Shown: positions 26,756 to 34,894 of the stretch, in pieces
Layout: each line of letters opens with the position of its first letter
Position numbering within the stretch: the first letter of the stretch is position 1
DNA from: Escherichia phage TrudiRoth
Sequence record: MZ501109
Direction: 5' to 3' (one strand)
Length of the DNA stretch: 64,000 bases
Translations under genes and position numbers: made by a program
The notes under the pieces: model-generated
The model's database searches: none
Seen by the model: only the letters and a program-made list of their open reading frames with translations
Told to the model about the DNA's origin: nothing

Positions 26756-27218
26756 TAAAGTTTTAGCTGCCTTAAACCTTCCTGATAACTTCATTATAGA
26801 TGATAAGCTCATAAGAGCTTATATGAGCAAATATAACGAAATTTCAGGTAAAGAAGGTAAGTTAAAAACTTCAGAGTTTAGATTCTGTTATCGAATGGCA
26901 GCCTTAAATCTCTTAAAATATAAAAGGGAGCATAAAATACCTATAACGGAAGGTTTTGTATATGTAATTGGTAATCCAGCATGGCCAGGCATGTATAAAA
27001 TAGGTATGACTATAGATGTGAATGAGAGGTTAACAAGTTATCAAACTTATTCACCTAATAGAGACTACAAGCTATACCATTTCAGATTTTCGTCGGATAA
27101 AAGACGTACAGAGAAAGAATTACATAATCTTCTTAAAGATTATAGAGTATCTGGAGAATGGTTTGAAGTACCTGTACTAGATGCTTTTAAATTATTAGTA
27201 GAAAAATTGGATTGCTAG
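26745..27218 (+). CDS. T5orf172-domain (GIY-YIG superfamily) protein
   Basis: GFVYVIGNPAWPGMYKIGMTIDVNERL matches the GIY..YIG..R pattern. Confidence 0.65.
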   Translation: MLINKVLAALNLPDNFIIDDKLIRAYMSKYNEISGKEGKLKTSEFRFCYRMAALNLLKYKREHKIPITEGFVYVIGNPAWPGMYKIGMTIDVNERLTSYQTYSPNRDYKLYHFRFSSDKRRTEKELHNLLKDYRVSGEWFEVPVLDAFKLLVEKLDC

Positions 27219-27286
27219 CTCAACTGGATAAGAGTAGCGGACCTTTAATCCGTCAGTTCTGGGTTCGAATCCCAGGCAATCCACCA
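27209..27286 (+). tRNA. tRNA-Lys (anticodon UUU) with C at position 33
   Basis: Acceptor GGAUUGC/GCAAUCC, anticodon stem GCGGA/UCCGU with loop CCUUUAA, T-arm CUGGG-UUCGAAU-CCCAG, CCA; 5' end overlaps the T5orf172 gene stop. Confidence 0.7.
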
Positions 27287-27290
27287 AATT

Positions 27291-27364
27291 GCTCGGTTAG
27301 TTTAATGGGAGAACCCCGTCTTTACACGGCGGTTGCGATAGTTCGATTCTATCACCGAGTACCA
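27291..27364 (+). tRNA. tRNA-Val (anticodon UAC)
   Basis: Acceptor GCUCGGU/ACCGAGU, D-stem GUUU/GAAC, anticodon stem CCGUC/GGCGG with loop UUUACAC, T-arm GAUAG-UUCGAUU-CUAUC, CCA. Confidence 0.75.
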
Positions 27365-27382
27365 CTCAACTAAAATAAGGAA

Positions 27383-27625
27383 TTGCAAATGCAATTATCA
27401 TCTAAAGTTCAAGGTTTCTTCGCACATGCAACAGCAGAATTTGCTATTAGCAAGGGTTGGGATTTTGAGCAAGAACTTTCTGAGTTCTATAAAGATATAG
27501 ATATGAATACGCCATACATGGGACTCTCCACTGGTCAAGAGATCACAGAAGGCGATGTGTTCAAGGCAAGTCAAGGTGAGGTAACACCTAGTTTTGCCGC
27601 TTTTTTGGAGTGGCTTCACAATTAA
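27383..27625 (+). CDS. hypothetical protein
   Basis: 80-aa ORF with RBS AAGGAA. Confidence 0.45.
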   Translation: MQMQLSSKVQGFFAHATAEFAISKGWDFEQELSEFYKDIDMNTPYMGLSTGQEITEGDVFKASQGEVTPSFAAFLEWLHN

Positions 27626-27734
27626 AGAAGAAGCTCCAGATGATGATGTATTTATGCAAAGCATGCACTCTGGGAGTTCTGATATGTTATTTGTTAAAGA
27701 TGTACGACATATCCAAGAAGTGGTAAAAACGCAG

Positions 27735-27763
27735 TTGCTTAATGCTTAATTTCTTGTTATAAT
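27735..27763 (+). promoter_or_regulatory. sigma70-type early promoter driving an ORF-free leader
   Basis: -35 TTGCTT, 17 bp, -10 TATAAT; about 320 nt without an ORF before the next tRNA. Confidence 0.6.
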
Positions 27764-28097
27764 ATTTATATAAATTGATGCGAAAATAGCTGCCTAGATA
27801 CCAGGTGTATGACGTCTACACTAGCAGAGCTACCGAAAAAGAGATCCTCAGGATAAACGTCGTAGCAAAATTAGTCTGGTATCCATTAATTTAGTTCACT
27901 AAGGTATTAGCTCGACCTAGGACTGGCTGCCAAAAAGCACGATCCCTACGATTTGGGAGAAGTTCTAGATTAGTCCACTAGATTCAGCGGCAACTGAATA
28001 GTGTATCGGGTTTGTGAAGAGCAGCTATTCTCTACTGGCTAATGTCTGAGGTTAGTACGCACACCGAGCTAATAGCCTTAGTAAACTTAAAGAATTT

Positions 28098-28173
28098 GGG
28101 CGAATAGTGTCAGCGGGAGCACACCAGACTTGCAAGTCTGGTAGGGAGGGTTCGAGTCTCTCTTTGTCCACCA
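28098..28173 (+). tRNA. tRNA, isotype unresolved (Ala-UGC or Cys-GCA)
   Basis: Acceptor GGGCGAA/UUUGUCC, D-stem GUGU/ACAC, T-arm GAGGG-UUCGAGU-CUCUC, CCA; perfect anticodon stem CAGAC/GUCUG encloses only 6 nt (UUGCAA). Confidence 0.45.
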
Positions 28174-28188
28174 AATTAAAAAGAATGC

Positions 28189-28265
28189 GCGCGATTGACG
28201 GAATAGGTATACGTGTCAGCCTTAGAAGTTGAATTTTGAGGGTTCGAATCCCTTGTCGCGCACCA
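28189..28265 (+). tRNA. tRNA with anticodon UAG (Leu?), class I geometry
   Basis: Acceptor GCGCGAU/GUCGCGC, anticodon stem UCAGC/GUUGA with loop CUUAGAA, 5-nt variable loop, T-arm GAGGG-UUCGAAU-CCCUU, A73, CCA. Confidence 0.5.
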
Positions 28266-28390
28266 AATTTGATGGTCAGAGTAAATTAAACCTACTATCT
28301 CGGTTGAGCTGTTTTAATGGATTCGAATCCCAGCGAGGCGTAACTGCCTGGCGTGATAGAGGCATCATTCCACTAACATTGGAAAAACTA

Positions 28391-28621
28391 ATGAAACGAA
28401 AATTAAAAAAGTCTTATATAATTAAGATAAATAAGCTACGAAGTAGGGCAAAAGGATGGCCACTTCGAATATTAATTGCGGATAACCATATTAGATACCA
28501 TGCGGAACAACATCATTACAAACAGTGGGAGTCATACTGTCGCTCAAAAGCAGGTCGTTTAGATGGATCTTATGAGCTTCTATTTGGTAAGAAGCCTACT
28601 AGATTAGCTTTAGGTAAGTAA
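28391..28621 (+). CDS. small basic protein
   Basis: First in-frame ATG of track ORF 28229..28621; the upstream part overlaps a tRNA. Confidence 0.35.
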   Translation: MKRKLKKSYIIKINKLRSRAKGWPLRILIADNHIRYHAEQHHYKQWESYCRSKAGRLDGSYELLFGKKPTRLALGK

Positions 28622-28626
28622 TACTT

Positions 28627-28720
28627 GGAAAAGCAAATAGACTGGCGACTAAACCCGATTGGAAATCGGTTGAGTAATAGCAATATTGCCTTATGGGTTC
28701 AACTCCCATCTTTTCCGCCA
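28627..28720 (+). tRNA. tRNA-Ser (anticodon GGA)
   Basis: Acceptor GGAAAAG/CUUUUCC, anticodon loop UUGGAAA, long variable arm with GCAAUAUUGC hairpin, T-arm AUGGG-UUCAACU-CCCAU, G73, CCA. Confidence 0.7.
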
Positions 28721-28735
28721 AATATTGGAGTATAG

Positions 28736-29251
28736 ATGCTAACACAACAAGAATTAAAATCCGTGTTGTTATATAAACCAGATACTGGAGAGTTTTTCTG
28801 GAAATATAGATCTGATTTAGATAGTCAATGGAATAGTAAATATGCTGGAACTAGGGCAGGATTTATTAATGAACTAGGCTATTGGAAGATAACTCTAGGA
28901 AATACTAGCTGGTTAGCACATCGTCTAGCATTCTTATACATGACTGGGGAAATACCAGATCTAATTGACCACAAGGATCAAGATAAGTCCAATACTAAAT
29001 GGGATAACTTACGAATAGCCACTGTATCACAGAATCAGGCTAATGCTAAATTAAGGGTAGATAATACCTCTGGGTACAAAAATGTAACTTGGCATAAGCA
29101 AAGAAATAAGTGGAAAGTAGAAGTACGTAAAGATGGCAAACTCCATTATGGTGGACTTTTTACAGAACTAGATAAAGCTGTAAATAAAGCTAATAATCTT
29201 AGACGTGAGTTATTCGGGGAATTTGCAGTATATGAAGAGTTTATGGGGTAG
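28736..29251 (+). CDS. HNH homing endonuclease with AP2-like domain
   Basis: Shares AHRLAFLYMTGE, DHKDQDK, NLR and GYKNV motifs with 6460, 39902 and 42058. Confidence 0.7.
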   Translation: MLTQQELKSVLLYKPDTGEFFWKYRSDLDSQWNSKYAGTRAGFINELGYWKITLGNTSWLAHRLAFLYMTGEIPDLIDHKDQDKSNTKWDNLRIATVSQNQANAKLRVDNTSGYKNVTWHKQRNKWKVEVRKDGKLHYGGLFTELDKAVNKANNLRRELFGEFAVYEEFMG

Positions 29252-29341
29252 GTCAATCCAACGGCTGGCGCTGGACTCCGACTTGAAATCGGTTGATCGT
29301 AGTGATACGGTGTAAGGGTTCGATCCCCTTACCTACCTCCA
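29247..29341 (+). tRNA. tRNA-Ser (anticodon UGA)
   Basis: Acceptor GGUAGGU/ACCUACC, anticodon loop CUUGAAA, long variable arm, T-arm AAGGG-UUCGAUC-CCCUU, CCA; 5' end overlaps the HNH gene stop. Confidence 0.7.
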
Positions 29342-29361
29342 ATTAACTATAAGGAATCCTT

Positions 29362-29535
29362 ATGAGCAAAACAGCTACTGTAACAATGAAGGATGGTACA
29401 AAATTTAAAGCATGTCTTCATGAAACAGATAATGGATGGAAGGCTTATTTGCCACACCTAGATTCCACTGGGTATGGAATGACCCAACGTGAAGCTATTG
29501 TTGATGCTTTAAATGAGGCTTCCGCTGGTTTATAA
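29362..29535 (+). CDS. small hypothetical protein
   Basis: 57-aa ORF translated by hand; RBS AAGGAA. Confidence 0.35.
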   Translation: MSKTATVTMKDGTKFKACLHETDNGWKAYLPHLDSTGYGMTQREAIVDALNEASAGL

Positions 29536-29794
29536 AAATTCTTGGAATATGCCGGAATTGGTAGACGGGACTGCCGAATAGGTTTACTAGGAACATCCAC
29601 TCCTAGAAATATACCTTAAAAGCGGTTGAGTTAAATGGTATAACTCATGAAGGTTCAAGTCCTTCTATTCCTTGATACATCAATGGCTCAAAGTGTAACG
29701 GTGCTATTTGATGCTCTTGGCAAGACTTCCCCGACATGCGTTCGGGAGTAAGCTGCTAAGACTAGAGTAGAAGAGTTTCAACAAGACAACGATA

Positions 29795-29869
29795 GCTCTT
29801 AAAGCATTGCTGGCGATGCAGTTGCCTTGTAAGCATCTGAACCGGGTTCGATTCCTAGTGGGAGCACCA
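29795..29869 (+). tRNA. tRNA-Thr (anticodon UGU)
   Basis: Acceptor GCUCUUA/UGGGAGC (two G-U pairs), D-stem GCAU/AUGC, anticodon loop CUUGUAA, T-loop UUCGAUU, CCA. Confidence 0.65.
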
Positions 29870-29885
29870 AAATTAAAAAATTCAT

Positions 29886-29914
29886 TTGCCTTCTCTCTTA
29901 TTTCTTGTTATTAT
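29886..29914 (+). promoter_or_regulatory. sigma70-type early promoter
   Basis: -35 TTGCCT, 17 bp, -10 TATTAT. Confidence 0.5.
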
Positions 29915-29944
29915 ATTTATATAAATTAATGAGAGGGAAACCAA

Positions 29945-30238
29945 ATGAAACGTTATCTTTCTGTTATGTTCCAAACTGGTGGTCAACGCTATACTTATGA
30001 ATTTCCATCTTCTTGGAAGATCAAAGAAGGTGATCAAGTAGTAGTGTTAACACCGCGTGATGGTTTCAAGGTAGTAACGGTTAAGCAAGTATTTCCAAAA
30101 GATCACGAACCATCTAAGGCTATTCAGTACAAGATGATTCATGGTCTGGTACGAAAAGTACCTAGAACAGAAGTCGAAGTAGATAAAACTGGGGAAGCTA
30201 AATACCAGTATACCTCTTACTTAGACGAGTTGTTATAA
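29945..30238 (+). CDS. hypothetical protein
   Basis: 97 aa behind promoter 29886-29914. Confidence 0.5.
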   Translation: MKRYLSVMFQTGGQRYTYEFPSSWKIKEGDQVVVLTPRDGFKVVTVKQVFPKDHEPSKAIQYKMIHGLVRKVPRTEVEVDKTGEAKYQYTSYLDELL

Positions 30239-30444
30239 TGGGAATTACTTTCACAGAAAAGATTATGGGCAATGGTGTTATGATCATTACCGCATGGGAT
30301 GGTAATCAGTGGTGTAGTGTTTCAGGTATTAAGCCTGAAGAACAAACACTAGAAAATATCTCAAAGATTAAGCGAAGAATGGCAGAACGTGCACGACTTC
30401 CAGGTGCGCCTAGAAATGGTAAACGTTCTGCAATTAAATGTTAA
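30238..30444 (+). CDS. hypothetical protein
   Basis: 68 aa, start-coupled. Confidence 0.45.
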   Translation: MGITFTEKIMGNGVMIITAWDGNQWCSVSGIKPEEQTLENISKIKRRMAERARLPGAPRNGKRSAIKC

Positions 30445-30445
30445 T

Positions 30446-30522
30446 GCTTCGGTAGCTTAGCGATCTAAAGCACTCGGCTGATAACCGAGAGATCGGGGGT
30501 TTAAATCCCTCCCGGAGTACCA
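30446..30522 (+). tRNA. tRNA-Ile (anticodon GAU) with UUUAAAU T-loop
   Basis: Acceptor GCUUCGG/CCGGAGU, D-stem GCUU/AAGC, anticodon stem CUCGG/CCGAG with loop CUGAUAA, T-arm GGGGG-UUUAAAU-CCCUC, CCA. Confidence 0.7.
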
Positions 30523-30558
30523 AATTTAGGAAGTAAGACTATGCGTCCAGGAAAGTTT

Positions 30559-30572
30559 AAAAAAAAAAAAAA
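30559..30572 (+). repeat. A14 homopolymer tract
   Basis: 14 consecutive A between tRNA-Ile and the third CAU tRNA, inside a 15-codon ORF (MRPGKFKKKKKLIGL). Confidence 0.9.
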
Positions 30573-30626
30573 GCTAATTGGTCTAAAGAGTATAAAGAAT
30601 ATTTACTTAGTCTAGTAAAACATAAT

Positions 30627-30702
30627 AGTTAGTTGGCAGAGTGGTTATGCACCTCCTTCATACGGAGCGACTACAGTGGTTCAAATCCACTACTAACTAC
30701 CA
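30627..30702 (+). tRNA. tRNA-Met/Ile2 (anticodon CAU)
   Basis: Acceptor AGUUAGU/ACUAACU, anticodon loop UUCAUAC, T-arm AGUGG-UUCAAAU-CCACU, CCA. Confidence 0.7.
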
Positions 30703-30740
30703 TAAAAAAGAGCTAGAGATAGCTAAATATAGGAGCAAGT

Positions 30741-30935
30741 GTGTTAACTGTTAAAATAATGTCTGCAAATGGTGGTGAAGAAATTCATGATGGTAATAGC
30801 GTAGGATTTAATCCTAAAAATAAGAGTATTCATGTCTCGGGATTAGATCAAGCCATATTCCTAAAAGAGGATGAAGTCGCCTACGTTATGAATCAGAACG
30901 GTAAAACAGTTTCTGTTTACTACGGTAAGCTGTAA
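30741..30935 (+). CDS. hypothetical protein
   Basis: 64 aa, GTG start after AGGAG. Confidence 0.4.
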   Translation: MLTVKIMSANGGEEIHDGNSVGFNPKNKSIHVSGLDQAIFLKEDEVAYVMNQNGKTVSVYYGKL

Positions 30936-31302
30936 AGAACAGAGGATCAGGTCATTGTACCAGATCCTGCTGAGAAGAGAGTCCACATTCTATAAATGGC
31001 CGGGCGTGACAGCAGGAAGTAGACTGCAACTCCATGCTATCCAGGAGTATAAATGTAGAAGCTAAGACTTTAGATAGCCATTGTCTTAGCGTGAGCAATC
31101 ACGTAGTTGCAACAGACCTGGAAGATCGCAACGTTAAAATCAAAGCTCCTGTGCTTATTAAACTGAATGGGACTATCAATCCACAAGCCGGACTACGAGC
31201 GATTATCGGGTATTCACTTAATAAGCAAGCCTGCCTTCCAGTTTTTATCTTGCTTCTGGGTTAACAAAAAGCTGAGCCAAATTCTAACATCAGGGAGATC
31301 TA

Positions 31303-31671
31303 ATGAAAGCATATCAAAGTCTTAAGTCTGGCGTAATTAACATTGTTCATAACAATCAGATCATTCAACTATATTCTAAAGATGGTGAACTTAAACAGAA
31401 AGTTCTAGTCGAAGATCTAGAAGGTATCACACCTCACTTTGACCCTGAGGCCTTTCGCATTGTAGATGTGGAAGTGGTTCCTCAAGTCGAGGGTGGTCAG
31501 CACCTAAATGTCAATGTGTTAAGCCGTGATCAGCTTTTGGATGCACAGAAACATCCTGAAAAATATCCTCAGTTGACCATCCGTGTCTCTGGCTATGCTG
31601 TTCGATTTAACGCATTGACGCGTGAACAACAGAACGACGTTATTAGTCGTACATTTACTCAGGCGATATAA
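31303..31671 (+). CDS. grcA: autonomous glycyl-radical cofactor GrcA/YfiD-like
   Basis: [12 protein letters not shown]...[37 protein letters not shown] closely matches the C-terminal glycyl-radical domain of GrcA/PFL; RVSGY radical site. Confidence 0.8.
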   Translation: MKAYQSLKSGVINIVHNNQIIQLYSKDGELKQKVLVEDLEGITPHFDPEAFRIVDVEVVPQVEGGQHLNVNVLSRDQLLDAQKHPEKYPQLTIRVSGYAVRFNALTREQQNDVISRTFTQAI

Positions 31672-31752
31672 TGGGGTTTGGATACGATTTCTCCCAGCTA
31701 CGCAAGGTAGTCGAGCAAACTCCATTTATCTCCCAAGTTTTAGGAGAAATGT

Positions 31753-32052
31753 GTGGATCGAGCATTAAGACGCCATCACCGGCAACGTGTGAAAAACAAT
31801 CGCAAAAAGTATTGGACAGTCTTCCCACATGAAGAAAGTCCTAAGCGGTTAGGCATTATCACTACCACTCCTTGCATCTGTTCTTGTTGGATGTGTGGGA
31901 ATCCTCGCAAATACTATAAGAATAGTAAAGCAGGCATGAAAATCTCGGAGATTAAAAAGATGGATGCAATGATTATGGGCATCACCTTTACAGGTGGTAT
32001 CTCTGATGAATTCGACGGTTTTGTAACTCAGGATATTGTCGAAATTATCTAA
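31753..32052 (+). CDS. hypothetical protein
   Basis: 99 aa, GTG start; terminator follows. Confidence 0.35.
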   Translation: MDRALRRHHRQRVKNNRKKYWTVFPHEESPKRLGIITTTPCICSCWMCGNPRKYYKNSKAGMKISEIKKMDAMIMGITFTGGISDEFDGFVTQDIVEII

Positions 32053-32062
32053 TTAATAATAA

Positions 32063-32098
32063 ACCCCAGCTATTGAATAGGTAGTCTGGGGTTTTCTT
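32063..32098 (+). terminator. rho-independent terminator
   Basis: Stem ACCCCAG/CUGGGGU followed by UUUUCUU. Confidence 0.65.
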
Positions 32099-32116
32099 GT
32101 ATGTAGGATTTTCGAA

Positions 32117-32302
32117 ATGAAAATTTTTAAAGTGAACTATAGCGGCCTGTGGTTAGGTGGTACAGCTATTGTCGTTGCAGAAACTGCAGAAGAAGCAATC
32201 GAACTGACTAGAAACCATAGAAGTTCTATAGAATTCGAGGATGTGACAGTAGAAGAACTCCCGAGCAGTGGGGTAGTATACAACAACAACGGAGATTACT
32301 GA
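32117..32302 (+). CDS. hypothetical protein
   Basis: 61-aa ORF. Confidence 0.4.
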   Translation: MKIFKVNYSGLWLGGTAIVVAETAEEAIELTRNHRSSIEFEDVTVEELPSSGVVYNNNGDY

Positions 32303-32360
32303 TGTTATATTTTGAAGTTCGCCCACATTAAGTTAATTTAAAAGACTTAATGGAGGTAAT

Positions 32361-32756
32361 ATGAGCCGTACATATCGTAAACAATCTGGTGATCGTCACT
32401 GGCGTGATGCACATCGTTCTACTTATAATTTTCATAGCACTAATATCCGTATTCCGTATACCTACACGGATAGGGATGGTAAGCAGTGGAAGTATTATCA
32501 AGTTCGATCCAATGAAGCATGGGCTAAAACTTGGGATGAAATTGAGAAGGAGATTCAGGAAAATATCATCCGTAACGAGAAGAAAGATGGGCACTGGTGG
32601 GATTCTGTTAGTAGGAATGTTAAGTGGCATTCTAACAAAATGGTTCGTCAGGGAAACCGTCGCGAACTTCATCGTGTGATGAAAGATCCAGAAAATTACG
32701 ACTATAATCGCGATCATGATCTGCGTAAGCGTGGGTTATGGTGGTGCTACGACTAA
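32361..32756 (+). CDS. hypothetical protein
   Basis: 131 aa, Trp/His/Arg-rich, RBS GGAGG. Confidence 0.5.
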   Translation: MSRTYRKQSGDRHWRDAHRSTYNFHSTNIRIPYTYTDRDGKQWKYYQVRSNEAWAKTWDEIEKEIQENIIRNEKKDGHWWDSVSRNVKWHSNKMVRQGNRRELHRVMKDPENYDYNRDHDLRKRGLWWCYD

Positions 32757-32773
32757 TTTCGTAAATAATTCAT

Positions 32774-32802
32774 TTGCTAAAACCCTCTCCTTTTGATATA
32801 AT
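32774..32802 (+). promoter_or_regulatory. sigma70-type early promoter
   Basis: -35 TTGCTA, 17 bp, -10 TATAAT. Confidence 0.65.
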
Positions 32803-32832
32803 ATTTATATAAATTGATGAGAGGGCTTTGAA

Positions 32833-33105
32833 ATGAAAGAAGCAGAAATTAATGAAATGGCTAGAATATTCATCGTTTCCTATATGCAAGGCAGTTGCAA
32901 TAGTTTATTCGAGTCTGCTATAGTATTTCAGGAAATGTTAGCCGAGAAAGGCGTACATATGGAAGATACTGAAATTGAAGATCTTCTAATGGAAACTTGT
33001 AGTAGTGCTGAAGTCTTCCAGTGTGGTAACTGTAATTGGTGGTGTCCAGAGCATGATCGTTCTGAAGAAGGTTCCTACTGTTCCGATTGTGAAGGAGAAG
33101 AATAA
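32833..33105 (+). CDS. Cys-rich small protein
   Basis: 90 aa with CGNCNWWC...CSDC behind promoter 32774-32802. Confidence 0.5.
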   Translation: MKEAEINEMARIFIVSYMQGSCNSLFESAIVFQEMLAEKGVHMEDTEIEDLLMETCSSAEVFQCGNCNWWCPEHDRSEEGSYCSDCEGEE

Positions 33106-33404
33106 TGAATAAGTTTATTATTGCTCTAGTAATTTCAGCAGTTAGTTTCGGTTCTCTGGCATCTACCAAAGTTTCTATGAAAAATGGTAATGTTAAAGTT
33201 CAGCAGAATGGCATTACCACCGAATATGGTAAAGTACGTGATGTAAAAGAACGTAATGGCAAAGTAGAAATATATACTAATAAAAACTTCTCTACTCCGG
33301 CTGTTACTGTTAGTAAACGTGGTGAAATCACTACTCAACGTACTAATAGTTCTGATTCTTTTACTTGCCGTTATGACTGCGGCTTTGAAGGTGAAGATGA
33401 GTAA
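33105..33404 (+). CDS. secreted protein
   Basis: 99 aa with signal peptide MNKFIIALVISAVSFGSLAS. Confidence 0.5.
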   Translation: MNKFIIALVISAVSFGSLASTKVSMKNGNVKVQQNGITTEYGKVRDVKERNGKVEIYTNKNFSTPAVTVSKRGEITTQRTNSSDSFTCRYDCGFEGEDE

Positions 33405-33816
33405 TTTAGACCCTAGAATTAAACATGCAGTCGAAGAAATCCAAGATCAGATAGATGAGGACTTCACTGTTTGGTCAAGATTTGGCAATGGTGAAGGCTG
33501 TCAGCTTTATAGCATGAAAATGGGCATCTCGATTGAACTTAGTATCAATCCAGAGGGCAACGTAGAAGCCCAACCCATGTTCAGTGTTCCAGGCTTCTCT
33601 GGATTTGTTATGGGCATGAAACTATGTCTACCAAATAAACATCTTTACCGTGTTATCTGTCAGCTAGAAACAATTAAACATTTCTTGCCAGAAGATAACA
33701 TTAATGACTACTATCATGAAGTTGTAGCAGCTTACATGATGAAAGAACGCAAACGTCGGAGAGAAGAACGTGAAAGAGCTAAATCTCAACAGTCTAGTAC
33801 AGATTCCAGCAACTGA
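33397..33816 (+). CDS. hypothetical protein
   Basis: ATG 33397 overlaps the previous stop; track ORF opens at 33319. Confidence 0.45.
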   Translation: MSNLDPRIKHAVEEIQDQIDEDFTVWSRFGNGEGCQLYSMKMGISIELSINPEGNVEAQPMFSVPGFSGFVMGMKLCLPNKHLYRVICQLETIKHFLPEDNINDYYHEVVAAYMMKERKRRREERERAKSQQSSTDSSN

Positions 33817-34063
33817 TGCTGTACTAGAATATCTTAGAAAGGATCATGTTAAATTCTGGACTGATTATAGCTACGAGCATAACTCAGATTTAGCTACTGA
33901 TTTTGCAAATAAACGAATAGCTGAGTATACAGATCCTAGAGTTAAGAATGGTGTGATTACTTTACCACTTTGGGATGTGATGGAAAAGTTTGGTAAAGAT
34001 TTGTGCCCAGGTTGTGTACCATTGTTTGTTACTATTCTAATTGATGAAAAGGATCTTAAATGA
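33770..34063 (+). CDS. hypothetical protein
   Basis: 97 aa, GTG start overlapping the upstream ORF. Confidence 0.35.
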   Translation: MKELNLNSLVQIPATDAVLEYLRKDHVKFWTDYSYEHNSDLATDFANKRIAEYTDPRVKNGVITLPLWDVMEKFGKDLCPGCVPLFVTILIDEKDLK

Positions 34064-34344
34064 TTATCTCTCCATTTGCTTTGTGGTTTGTTATTGGTGC
34101 AGTTGTCGCGATTTACAGCCTGATTGATGATCTGTATATCTCTAAAAATAAAGATGTTATTCTTTATGTTATAAACAAATATCGTCCACCAGAATTAGCA
34201 GAATTTGACAATGAAAAGATGTTCAAATTCATTATGTCAGGTATGCTTATCATGGACACCTTGTTCGGGCCAGTAGCTACTTACTTCTTCTTCCGTAAAA
34301 CTCGTAAGATGAAAAAGTTTCGCGCTGAAATGCAGAGCAAGTAA
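34060..34344 (+). CDS. membrane protein
   Basis: 94 aa with two hydrophobic segments. Confidence 0.45.
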   Translation: MIISPFALWFVIGAVVAIYSLIDDLYISKNKDVILYVINKYRPPELAEFDNEKMFKFIMSGMLIMDTLFGPVATYFFFRKTRKMKKFRAEMQSK

Positions 34345-34461
34345 AGAACTCGCGTAGGACCGAGTTGCGTCACCTGCAACTGTTACGGATAAGGGAGTCG
34401 TGCCCCTTTAGTGCGGTAAGTGGTGAGTTGGTCGCTGACCTCAACTTTAACTGGAGATATC

Positions 34462-34809
34462 ATGAGCTTTATTTTATTCAGTGTAGCAGCATGGTTTATT
34501 ATTGGTTTAGGCTATGCTATTGCAGTTATTCGTCATCTGGATGAATATTCTGCTGAATGGTTTATTAAGTACCTACGTTTAGACGATCGAGAACACGAGT
34601 TCGACAGTGCTGAGGAAAGACAGGCTGTCCAGTCAATGACTCCCAAAGAATGCTTGCTTTACATGCGTGTAATTGGTTTCTTTGGACTGTTGGTAGTGGG
34701 GCCGCTAGGTCTTACTATTGCTCCCTACAAAGAAGTTGTTGACGACATTAAACTATGGAGAACCGCTGGATCGCTACGTCGTGCTAGAGAATTAAGTAAA
34801 CAAGAGTGA
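34462..34809 (+). CDS. membrane protein
   Basis: ATG 34462 after GGAGAT; track ORF opens at 34420. Confidence 0.45.
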   Translation: MSFILFSVAAWFIIGLGYAIAVIRHLDEYSAEWFIKYLRLDDREHEFDSAEERQAVQSMTPKECLLYMRVIGFFGLLVVGPLGLTIAPYKEVVDDIKLWRTAGSLRRARELSKQE

Positions 34810-34844
34810 TGATAATCACCTCCTAGCAAGAATAATAATGACAA

Positions 34845-34880
34845 AGCCCAGCCTGCAATTTTGCGACTGGGCTATTTTTG
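34845..34880 (+). terminator. rho-independent terminator
   Basis: Stem AGCCCAG/CUGGGCU followed by AUUUUUG. Confidence 0.6.
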
Positions 34881-34894
34881 TAATAAAATTTCAG

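Noticed and set aside
28229-28390. N-terminal extension of track ORF 28229..28621
   Set aside because: Starts inside the tRNA at 28189-28265; only the part from ATG 28391 is kept, at low confidence.
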